A stretch of 64,000 nt of DNA from Tubiluchus corallicola (taxonomy: Eukaryota > Animalia > Priapulida), in the NCBI GenBank assembly GCA_030141605.1, contig JAQGDQ010000013.1, positions 1,006,447-1,070,446 on the forward strand, written 5' to 3'. A program made the translations under genes and the position numbers. Shown piece by piece: positions 13,601 through 25,100 of the stretch (its first letter is position 1; each line of letters begins with the position of its first letter). The notes under the pieces were generated by a model. The model searched no databases, had not been told where the DNA came from, and was given only the letters and a program-made list of their open reading frames with translations.

Positions 13601-16600
13601 TACCATCACACCAGTACGACAACATACACACTAATTAAGAATTTATACATCCACGGCCATATTAATTAAATCTTAGTTTTTTCATTTTTTGTGCATAGTT
13701 GTAGATTATGTTTGATTTTATTCGTCGTTACTGCACAGTAGTTTAGATTGCACTGACGCATTTGCCTTTAGCAGTGTAAGTTTTTATTAACTAGCACTGA
13801 TTGATCATCTCTGTAAAGTTTTTATCAGTGATTATCAATGTATTTTAATGGCAAATAAAGATTATTATATATATATGTATATATATAATGTATGTGGATT
13901 TATATCGGTGTATTGTAAATGGTACATTTTTAACGTGTTTAAATATATTCATCACCTTTTTTAACTAGATAAAATATATTACAATAATATTTTTTATTAA
14001 TTAATTTATTAATTACGTTCATTAACTAATATGGGAAGGGAAGGACTATATAAATATTATACTTCATCCTCCCTATGTTTTATATATTAAATTAAATTTG
14101 ATTTTAATTTTCACGTTGTCTTAAATATTATTATTTGATATGTACATTTTATGTATGAAATAAGTTGATTTATGTATTTATAGTAAATGTTTGCTTATTC
14201 TTTAGAGATTAGGTAACTCTCATTGTGCCATCTTGGTGCTAGGACTGTGATTAAAAGTTTTTGTCAAGCAAACGATCTTGTCTGGCGTTTAGTATTAGTT
14301 CATGTCAGCCTGGAAAAGCAGACTGGGACAGATTTTAAGAAGTTAGTACATGACCTCAGGACTCACGACTGCTAAGGTTACTGTTTGGCGGCGGCGTGGA
14401 TGTTGACTGTTTGAAAGAGGATGTTTGTTTGAAAGCTTAAAAAATCTCGTGTTAAGATATTTCTGCTTGTATGGAGAAATGAATATTTGATATGAGAGGG
14501 AGCCAGTATCTAGTATGGTGCATGTACCGAGCTCTCTCAAAGATGATTTAAAGCAAACATAAAGAAGAGCCCACAGCTTGCTGGGCCTGGCCAATGCCGC
14601 GCAATTGATCAATTTCACAAACTGCAATAGAAACATACACGCTGCAAGAGGGGTAGAGGTGCTTAAAGTACTGCTACTGCTGTGTAACAATCTTTGACTT
14701 AGGAAACCCAGAACTCTCGCTTACTCGCTTTCATTCTAAAACAGCAATTGTTTTGAAAAAGTTTCTAAGCTGTTAATATTGTTGTACTCCTGACAGGAAT
14801 AATAGTTTGAGAGAAACAACAATAGTCAGAACCAATCAAGAATGTCTGCTATTACCAATAGAGTTTCGCTTGTGTCAAACAACATTATCTATCAGCCCCA
14901 GGAGATGAAGATAGTGACAAATCAAGTGTCTAACAGTCTAACCTTGGTTAATACTTACAAATATTCGAAAGGCGCGTAATCGTGACCTACGTGGATCGTC
15001 CAGACTCGCTTCAGACCAGTTTGGACTGTTGCATTACCTAAAAATAAATATGATGTCTAGCATTTGTGTTTTCCTGTGAAAGAAACAAGTTTAATAATTC
15101 ACTAAATAGGTGAAAATATTTCATTATATTGCGTACTACAGATATACAGGCTGCATGTAGACTCTAGACACCATCTGCACAGAAATTAGTCATAGATTAA
15201 GGCTCTCAGATTTAACGCTTTAATTTAACACCTTGCACGATACGCTAAATCGTTTTTTTACTTTTATATTAGTAATTTTTTTATTTATTAGCTATGCAAG
15301 TTTAAGGGAAGAAAAGAAGATTTTGAGGTATCCCAAAAAACTTTCCATACAAAGTTATATTATTTAGTATTACGTTCATCTGTTTGAAAGATTCATGTAA
15401 TTGGTTAAGAAAATTCTTAGTAATTAAAAATGTTGCGCCAACTGGTAAAACGGTACTGAATCACCATCCCATTGTGCACCACATAACACATTATTCATCT
15501 TATTGGCAATGTAATAAAGCAATTTAAGCTTTTGCTTAGTTTGTGAAAATGTGGTATGAATGCTCTAAATATTTGTTTCATACTTTATGCAATATTATCT
15601 AAACTTGTTTCAAATGTTGTGTGTTAAAATGTTTCTGTTAAAATGGCTGCACTTAATGGTCATCGCCGGAGTTTAATTTACAAGTTTTTGGACACTGTTA
15701 CAACGCTGGTGGATAAAGCGTTTTCTTGTTCTTAAACAGTGATTTAAATCCTACCTGTAAACGCGCTAGTGTTGATCTGTCCTCCTAAACTAATATTCAG
15801 GTTAGTTGATCGTAAACTAACTGCTGCCAGGACTAAAGCAACAATTGTTAGACCCGCTGTAACTATCTGAAAATGTATAAAAATCAACATAAAAAGCGGC
15901 TGTCCATCGTGCTGTCTGTAGTTCGTTTCTTTTCCTATTTGAACTTAGCAAAAAACTGTTTTACGATGTCTGATATTTGAATAATTGTAGAAGTTTCTTC
16001 TTACTGTATCGAAACTTCGGACGTTGTATACAGGGAGGTTTAAAAAACTGCAAACGTTTTAAACTGCAAGTGTTTCTTTGAGTAATTTTGGGTATTTTTA
16101 AACTCGGTGTTTTTATGCATTAACTATATTTTTAAGAACTTTTCTTGAAAACTTACACGCCACTGTAAAAAAAACGATTTAAAAACCAAATCTTTTTTCA
16201 TTTAAAAAATGATTTTTTTCGATCCGTGAGAGCGAACGCCACGAATGCCATGCAAGCCATGGAGGTACATAAATGTGACAGTTGTGGAGTGTACTGTGAA
16301 GCGGCTGTCTGGAATTAGCGATTAAAGTGACATATCGTGCATAACTGATACAGTAATGCACTCAGAGTTTATATATCTCTTTTTGAATTTGAATGTAATA
16401 TTTTATCTTTAGCACAGGTATGTTTACAGTAATCTCGCAAGTGGCAAAAAAAGTTATTAATCATGTCATTTTATTTCAGGTCTAGACTGTACAAAGCTTA
16501 CTGCTCCGTTATGATGGCTTCTCTCTCGTATGCCTTTTTATTGTCCTGAGCTGACCAGTTAAGTATTAGAAGAGTTCGATTAGATTAGATTAGAAGCATT

Positions 16601-16730
16601 AGATTAGTGAAAAAAACAGTGGTTACACTCTGTTTCTTACCAGGCTAAGTGAGATGAGTTTTCCATTGGTGAAAAACAGGGAAGATCGTTGAGATGGCTC
16701 AGTTATAGCAAGAGTGTCCGGTTCACTCAT
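7625..16730 (-). CDS. Type II membrane protein with a bacterial-like extracellular amino-acid solute-binding domain (SBP_bac_3/PBP2), 327 aa, 9 coding exons
   Basis: Exons (minus): 16730-16641, 15866-15755, 15037-14959, 13335-13286, 12086-11991, 10975-10805, 9960-9824, 8968-8761, 7665-7625. All introns are GT-AG, phases match, total 984 nt ATG to TAA. Protein: MSEPDTL..KLISLSLIVTAGLTIVALVLAAVSL (TM)..RVWTIHVGHDYAPFEYLNAQGRTDGFNIDLIREVC..WVDACSGWYVAPERLNTIAFTDPF..DLRGKKIGFLDGW..DMFAALDKREIDAAF..WNPALKQVKESGVYKKLCDE..FDCLD*. These blocks follow the family-3 SBP motif order (DYPPFEY, GFDVDL, TxERxxxVxFSxPY, DLxGKKVG, ALxxGRIDA, NxALxxxKxxGxYxKI). Confidence 0.88.
9138..9535. repeat. Compound GGT/GTT/GAC/GAT trinucleotide repeat, intronic
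   Basis: Seen directly; lies in intron 7 of the SBP gene. Confidence 0.88.
9988..10331 (+). mobile_element. Solo LTR (344 bp)
   Basis: TGTTA...TAACA termini, near-perfect 5-bp TSD (gatat/ggtat), internal TATA box (gtataaaagc at 10131) followed by AATAAA (~10265). Confidence 0.7.
11136..11245. repeat. Two-copy 57-bp tandem duplication
   Basis: ggccgccatgatgagc(a/c)aaagcttacattgccacgtggtcaaatctgttgctt occurs twice. Confidence 0.85.
11490..11760. repeat. Degenerate ~22-bp tandem units in two blocks
   Basis: Repeated gttacagcactgccacaactag / gttacggtacggccacacttag variants at 11490-11590 and 11660-11760. Confidence 0.7.
12365..12958 (+). mobile_element. Kolobok-like MITE, degenerate copy (family A)
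   Basis: Similar along its length to 39486-39972 and to the reverse complement of 28857-29463; ends cctttccttaaa. Confidence 0.6.
15300..15690 (+). mobile_element. Interspersed repeat (family B), start TTAA|GG, probable DNA-transposon remnant
   Basis: Shares several hundred bp with 25360-25920 (catacaaagtta.attatttag..tctgtttgaaagatt..gccaactggtaaaac). Confidence 0.6.
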
Positions 16731-16782
16731 TGTACTAGTATTCACTCAAACATCTAAAGAGCATTAATATTAGTAACATTAT

Positions 16783-17040
16783 GATTGCTGTTGTTATTGT
16801 CGTCGTCATCGTCGTCGTCGTTGTTGTTGTTGTTGTTGTTGTTCCTGCTACTGTTGCTGCTGTTGTTGCACTTGTTGTTGCTGCTGCTGTTGTTGTTGTT
16901 GCTCCTGTTGTTGTTGCTGTTGTTATTGTTGTTGTTGTTGTTATTTTCATCATCATCATCATCACCACCCCACCACCATTATCATCATCATCATCACCAC
17001 CACCCTGCCACCACCACCATCATCATCATCATTATCATTT
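16783..17040. repeat. Compound GTT/GCT/CAT/CAC microsatellite
   Basis: Seen directly; source of the spurious poly-V, poly-L and poly-T ORFs. Confidence 0.9.
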
Positions 17041-17469
17041 AATTATAATTATAATTATAATTGTCAGTATCATTTCAACAAAACGAATATTTAACACTAA
17101 ATTAGTAGCTTGATAACTAAAAATTAAACAATCGTGCGTACTTTTTGCATATTAAATTTATTTCTCATTCTTAATTATAAAATCAATCAACATTATAATA
17201 TTAAAAGTTGAGTCAATAAACCAGTAGTCGATTGTGGACAAACCGAACTTACGTTACACAACTCTGCATTAAGTTAATTTATCTTGAGTAATAAATCTCA
17301 CTGCAACTAGGCGCGTGCCTACAGCATTCATTATTTTACCTTTCTATAATGTTATTCACACACTTCATTTAATCTTCAATCACTTCTATTCTTCCCCACA
17401 CAGTTAATCCTATAATGAACTTAAGTATGCACACAATTATATCCCAACCTAGAAACACTGTTCTCCTAC

Positions 17470-17643
17470 CTCGTTGGAATGTGAAAGAAAGTTGGCGCTC
17501 TCATTCCACTTTTCTTGTCAATTCTTGAGCATATTTTGCCGTGGCAGTATGGGCACTTAGAATTAGCATTGACCATCAACCATGTCTTGTGGCAATATCG
17601 TTGCGCTTGACTTCATACTCAACACGGATAAACCAAGAAAAAC
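17470..17643 (-). other. Probable 5' UTR exon of the SBP gene
   Basis: Bounded on minus by tttgtgcag| and |gtaggag; would splice to the acceptor at 16754-55, 23 nt upstream of the ATG. Confidence 0.4.
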
Positions 17644-20600
17644 CTGCACAAATTTGGAAAAACTGAAAATACTGGGAGACAGTAATATCAGTGTGTGAAA
17701 GCGAGGCAGAAAGAAATTCTTCCACAAAATTCGTTCTCGCTGGCTACATAATTCGACTGATGACTACAAAACCATTTAATAGTGCGAAAACTTCATCTTT
17801 TTGTTTTACTTCCTTATCTATGACCGTCTTGCAGTTCATTTGAAGGCTCTATTGTATCACATCAAGACGAAATGAATAAGCTTGATATTTCGTTGGTGCG
17901 CTGGGATTTTTTGTATTGGTGATCGACTTATAGGTTTATGTACATCGAGAATGGTTTCTGTTATCGTATCTATTGTATGGGTTTTGTAAATTTCAATTAA
18001 GTATTAACTAATGAATTAGTCGTATTTTTGAATTAATTATTTTTTGAGTTATAGCCTACTCGAACTGATTAATTGTGTATTTCATTGCACATAGTGGAAA
18101 TATTGTGATCAATAATAGTTACTGTTTTGTAAATCCACTCAAAATAAATAGAGTTTATATCTATATCATGATCGTGCTGTTACATACGTCCATGCAAGAC
18201 ATATGATGGCTGCCAGGCACTGGCCTGCAGCCACCGTTGCAAGCCTTTCGCCTCTTTCCCCCCTCCGTGTTGAGCAACAGCGCTGCATCATGTGTTAATG
18301 AATATTCTCAGGCACTGTACTTATATTCATAAACAATGCCATGCGTCACATTTTAGTACATAGAGAACAATGTGTATACAATCGCTAAAATACAAATAAT
18401 TCATTTATTTACAGCATTTGTGTTGAAAAGAACTCTTAGTGTGTTTGTCTCTGTTCATCTGTTCTTCTGTCTTATATTATTGTTGTTGCTCTTTCACGAT
18501 TGACTCAAGAAAGTTTTGCCGTTTTCTTTTAATTACATACAGTGAACTCTGCAAACGAGCTTCCGACACTCAGTGGCAGTGTCGAGATTCACAGCTGCAC
18601 TTTGGTTTGGTCTGGTTACAGATCCGCACAGAGTGGTTCCTTGGCTCACAGAGAACTGCAGACTCTATACGATAAGTGGATCCGCCACAAAAATCAATTT
18701 TTCTAAAACCGAGACGCTGATTTCCTCCATTTTTTGAAAGTTGTTTGTAATACCGTAACGGTTTTTTGGGATGAAGCCAGTAATTGAGTAACTCGTGCAT
18801 GTTTTCTCCCTACGCATTAGAAAAAAACTCAAAGCAGCTCTCAGTAAATATGATATCTCAGTTGTTTTCCGTAAATCAGGTCCGCAAATAGTTTAAAAAA
18901 ACCCGGACCACATCTTAAACTAAACCTCAAAACAGAATACCCTATAAATGGTCTACGCCACTGAAAGTGAACGTACAAGAGAGACTTATGTGAAAGAATT
19001 ATGACCAGAATGTTTAATTACACGGTCACGCGGCTAGTTCTTCGCTGTTGCTTCATTCGCTAGTTAGACGGGCACTAGCCCCTGCATCTCGAAAATGCGC
19101 TTTGCAAAAAACAGTTGTTCAGTTGTTGTACCCCTCAGTTCAGGGGTGTTCAGTTGTGATGCAGTGAACAAGTTCGAGAGCTCATGCGTGAACACAGCAG
19201 TAAATTTGAATTTTCATTTGAATTTAAAATTTGTCGAATTTTGGCACCCCATACCCGGTGACATCAAGAGGAACCTAAGCAACTTTTCTTCTACCACCAT
19301 AACCCTCATTTCTTCATACAAACATATTCATTTATGAACAGCATTAACAATGGAGCACATATGTATTCCTTAAAGAAAACTGGACGATTGATCAGACTCA
19401 ATCGCATTTTAATTTACTATCCAAAATATATATACGTTTTCTTCCCTATAAAAGTTAGCAATTGTTTCTTATATTTGAAGAATTAGCTTAGAAAGTTAGT
19501 TGACGGCAACCGAACATAGCTATTGCTTACGTCAGAAACTAACCACAGTTTGTGCAATGACAGGCATCTTTCCTTCCACTTCAAGTACGTTTGCGCAAGT
19601 GTTTATGCTTAAACGCGTGATGTCACGAAAAGGGGCTCTACGTCATATAACGTCAGAACTAACACTGCAGTTCATGATCATGGTTATTATTGTACCGCCT
19701 TCTGTTTGTCGGCCACGCGAATGTGACTAAAAGGCGTCGTTGTCAATCTTAGTAGATTCACTGAGCCGCGCGTAGCTTTGAAAGTTTAACGGAATTTGAG
19801 TATCCGAGGTAATTATTATTTAATCTAAGCTTTGATTTAAAAAAACCTATTGAAGTTTTCAATATTTTAGAGCATTCTTTATTCTGAACTAATGTTTACA
19901 CAAGTCGTCCTCTAACTGAAGTTTCTGCTGTTAGTCATCACGTTATATCGTATATTGCAGTTACTTGCCGTCAAAACAATTTTTGCATAATGTAAATTAC
20001 CTAATGTATTGCAGTTGACTTCCTCTGCAAGCAAGAAGCATTTATTTATACTTATTTATCGTAGATGTTGGATTGTGTGTTATAATAGAATTACCCAATT
20101 TTATTACGCCCTAAATGTTCGAGCTATGAGACTTTATTGATATGTCTCTACTACGAGTATTTTATTGGCCACCATTATACCTACCGCTCGTCCATTGATA
20201 ATGGAGTAAAATGAAAGTTGTAAATAAAATGAAATAAAGTCAAAACTTTTCCTGTTCGGCAGTTGTTCTATTTACTGATATACGATACAATTACATATAT
20301 AAAGCATCATAAAACCGCGATTTTCTAATTATCATAAATTGGCGTAAATGTCAACAATTATCTATTTAGGTTACCATATAGCGAAATCTTGATTTGCCTT
20401 TCACCAATAAGAAAAGAAATGATTTCGTCTTTGCGCGTCTTTGATTAATGTCAGTTTTTGAACTTTGCACAAGGCATTTTTTATAGAATTGAATTAAATT
20501 GCATTTATTGACTAATATAATTTAGTTGACAGTTACAGAATTCATGTCTCAGTGTAACTCATTGTACTCAATTACGATTACATTAGTCCAATTAAGAAAG

Positions 20601-21692
20601 TGTACGTGCGATCATCATTAGTTGATCAGATGGTAATTTATAACGTGAGATGAATTACCAGTACATCATAATTGTCACAATTACAGATATAAATGGAGAA
20701 TTTTAGCTACTGCATCAATGCTTGAATTTACATTGTTCAGGTTAAAAACCGATAGCAAATATCAAAGTTGATGGACAAATATTCCAACTGAACAGCTGCC
20801 GATAGACGGCGCTCACATATGACATGAAACTCGCACTTAACAGGCGAATTAACGCCATTACAGAAACATGTCCTGTCTTGTCTAGGGGTTCTCCACCACC
20901 GCTCGTGTCTGCGTGTGGGCAAAGCCGAGCTCTGGTCCAGAAAATTCTATTAGTTTCATTAATATTAATTCGTGTCATATGAACATTATAAGTCTTAAGT
21001 TCAGGATTGCAAAGTTTGTACACATTAATTTTATTGCTTTCACTGTTTAAAAGATTCATTGTTTGAAAATTTTAAAAATCTAGGCCATCTGTGTACTTGT
21101 ATATATTATAGTGTATACATTATCATAATGAAACTTATAATAATACATTTTATTTTATCCATACAATAGGTATATGTTTAAACTCCAGACATTATGACGC
21201 AGCACATGTATTATACCCATCACATATACATTACGTATTTTACTTAGGCAATAAACTTCAAATTATTCTATTGCACTACCATTTCACTTTCTAATATCTC
21301 ACTCGATGTCCATGACTGACCATCTGAAAAAATATGTTGTAAGCGGATGCGCTTCCTGGAGAGAAAGCACCGATTTTCCGAGCGATACCTTGTCAAGTGA
21401 GAGTTTATAAATACCCTTCCTTGTCTTTCTGTGATAAGTATCTTCTGAAAGATAAAAGTTTAAAGATGAAAAGCGGTTAAAAGAGAGATTCCAGTTCGGT
21501 TCCAAGTTGAAAAGCTCTTTATCTTTCTAGTACATTTAGGTTAATCCTATACAAGTGTTTTTGATGGCCAAATCTTTTTAATAAGACACAAAGAGAACGT
21601 TTATGGTCACTTTTTTCCGTTTACTCTGTCGTTAGATGGTTTTCTTAAATTTAGCGTTATTAGTTTCCTAGGCACAATGGTGAAACAGCAGG

Positions 21693-21700
21693 TATAAAAG
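21693..21700 (+). promoter_or_regulatory. TATA box of the CD225 gene
   Basis: TATAAAAG in GC-richer context ~420 nt upstream of the ATG at 22117. Confidence 0.5.
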
Positions 21701-22116
21701 TGCGAAGGCATGCATGGTCGCTCTCCAGCAGTGCAACGCTCCAGTTCACTCTACTAGAGATATCAACTGATAGTATCTAGAACCCGTGCGTGTCTTGGTC
21801 AGAGCACATTCTCACTGGAGTGACTGGACCTTAGTGGACGTCGGTTCTACTGCTGTGTATGGTGTTCTGAAGAACATTGATATATTCTGGCTATATGAAA
21901 CAGTGATATAATGTACAGAGTATATTCATTATGCCATATACATGTAGTTACTACGAGCTTGCATGCTCTTCGTCTAAAATGCTCTGAATTTGAGTGAACT
22001 AACTGAAGTGTAGAGAACACGAAACATCTTCTAAAAGCTGTAATGCGTCTTTGAAAGAAACGTTACTTCTGAAGCAACAATCAAAAGCGTTTGGACAGTT
22101 GCGCTACAAAATCAAC

Positions 22117-25100
22117 ATGGATCCGCGTACACGTGATAGGTATAATCGCATCATGGACACGCCTCCGCCAGATTACACCATCCCTACCCGACATGCAACC
22201 CGTTGGGAAAATGGAATCGGCGTCCACCAACCTAAACACCAGCAGCCGAACAATATAAACATCTTGAATGAGGTAGAATATCGCAGGACGAACCTAACAA
22301 AATCGGCTTCGTGTTATGGACCTCCTCCACCACGCCGCGGTACAGGTAGGCCTCCACCCACATCCACGCTACCACCCACCGGCTATGGACCTCCTCCTCC
22401 GCAGAAGAAGTCCCGTCCGGCTTCTTACGCCCACAGAACAGAAAACTTTTCAGAGTATCACGTTCCAAGGTCACACTCGTTAGATGTTAGGAAGCCAATG
22501 TCAGATTACAGAGTTACTTACGATACCAATCACCGTCCCCCTCCCGTCCATCAGAGGGACCCACGGCCGTATACTGTTTACCGGCCAAGCAGTCCAACCT
22601 ACAATTTTGTACCACAGCAGAGCACCCTGGGACCTCCTCCGCGACCGTACGAAGCGAAAAACAAGAACGTTGTTACAAGTCATGGTGTGCTACTTGGACC
22701 ATCAAATTACACCCTGCCAGCGCCTCCAAGAAGGAACAACTATGAACAAACGAGACCAGATTACAATAGAAGCAACATGCAGGAGCTGTACGTATCTCCA
22801 GAGCATGGGAAGGACAACCACAACACTCCACCGAAGAGGTCACCCTCCTCGTATTCACCTCAGTCGAATGGTTACTCTACTAGCCCACTTCTACCACCTG
22901 TTGATTATCATATGAGTCCAGTTACCAAGAAGCCAAGCGCTGGTCCTTACTACGCTGTAAATAAATCGGTAAGTAAAAGTACTTTACGTAGTATATTGTT
23001 CTTGACTATAATCACAAGCATTAAATGGCGCTTCTAACTGAACTTGAAGACGATTCTGGGATGTAACAATGTGGCCTCTTGTGGGATGTAACAATGTCTG
23101 GTAACAATGTACAATGAGATGGTTAGTGGGTGCCTTTTGCTGGATATCTATTCCAGAAAATCTTAGAATTCACACCTGACTGAGATAATTCAGAGCCAAC
23201 CTAACTGACTAACTAGAATAATTTTAGATATCTACGTATGATGTTAAGACATAGGTAGGAACGTTGCCTTGTTGTATGAGCTTATATATGCTTGAACCAT
23301 TATACTATGTAGATATGGCTCCTATGTTGTATTGCGTAGTAAAATATTACGTTCCCTTTTCGTCTCTAGTGTATACAGTTTTTCTGTATCGCTATTCTAT
23401 TCTCTAGTTTTACAAACGTGAAATATGTTCAAAAGTAGGGTATTCAAAGTGTACTTTTAGATCTATTCGTTGTTGAATATGATTTCGAGTTCACAGATTT
23501 TTAGCAAATAAGCAACGTGAATGACATTTTCTTGCAATGCCAGAAGTCACATTTATGTAAACGTATATAGTGAAATCAACGTGTTATTCTTCATCTTGTA
23601 AATTATTTCTGATTTGCTTCATCATATTAGTAAGTAGCTATTTGAACCAGGCCCACTGCGTCCATCACGTTCATATCTGTAAAAACTAGCAGTTCAGTAC
23701 AGATGTCAAGTTCAGTTGCCATTGGAATGCACCGTGCGTGAGTTACTACCGCATTTATAATGCAGAAATTACAGCACTTACTAAACTAGCACTAGGTATG
23801 GTAAGTACTTAACCATGGCTCACGTAATTGTCTAAAATGTTCACAACAGTGTTAATCGATTAGCATTTCGTCCACTTTTTTGGACCACTGACCTAAAGGG
23901 GTCTTAAGTTTTATGTCTTAGTAAAAGCAATCTTACCTCGTCGGCATTTTGAGTGCACTTACGTTCTAAAGCACGGCACAGTCCACTTGTTGATGCCATG
24001 CACTCCTGTCCACCGCCTCAGCTTACAATGCATCAAAGTCTAGAACCCTCAAATCTAGAACAGTATTTGACGAATCTTTTTGCAACATCAACATATCTAC
24101 AGTAGCTGACCTCCTCTCAAGAGTTTTACATAATGCTACAGGAAGAGGAGATTTTTTACGTAGTCTTAGTGTCAACCTAATCTACTTACTTGAAGTTGTT
24201 TAAACCAACAATTCTATTCCACCACATCATACAGACCATCACTGGGTTGTCTATCAGCCCATTTAATTCTTAAAAATTTTCTGTAGAAACGTTTTTGAAA
24301 AGCGCCAGTAAGCCCGTATTTGTATCTGCGTGACTATTTAGACTCTTCGTTACCGGGATTGTTTTTTAATCTGTACTAATTCTTTACAACTTTGTATATG
24401 CTGTATATTATTAATATACTTTTTCTCTGTTAGTCAACAAATTCAATTGAATTCAAATTTCTTGCACAATAGACAGTAAATAGAGTCATCCATAGGCAAT
24501 ATTTAATCAAGCGGACAGATGAGTTTAACGTGAATTGCCTTAGTTGTTTGTTTAATATAGTCATCCTCATTTCTATTGAGGAAGCTTGCAAAATTAATAA
24601 TATTCCCCGTGGCATCGCGTGCCAATGTTTATTCATACATAGTCAAAATATGCCATTTTTCGCGCACTGATTTTCCTTAACAAAGTTGAATAATTATTTT
24701 AATAATTGCAAATTAAGGTTTTACATTGATTAATAAGCATGACTGATAATGTCGTTACATGATAGGAGAAATTTATTACGATTGTAAAGTTGTTCATGGC
24801 GTGCGTGATCGTTTCCTGCTATTAACCTGAAAATGTTCATCTTTTCTGACAATGTCATTAAAGTTCGTACGTAGATTAACATGATCAACATAAGCATGGT
24901 TTGTGTTCTTGTGTTGATCAGTCCGTTTTTTGTTATTTTTTAATTTTTTAACCTTTTCAGTTTTTGCAAGAGTCATCAATTTTTAACTATCAATTTTTTC
25001 ACTCTACATTTTTACTATTATTTTTAGTATCATTGTCACATCGTTTCCAGACTTTTGTTTCATTCATCATCATCATCATCATTATGCCCATTATGTCTAC

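Noticed and set aside
7625-16730. Bacterial contamination as the source of the SBP-like sequence
   Set aside because: Eight spliceosomal introns filled with host repeats, plus glycosylation sequons and flanking animal genes.
16735-17113. Hydrophobic and His-rich ORFs
   Set aside because: Microsatellite.
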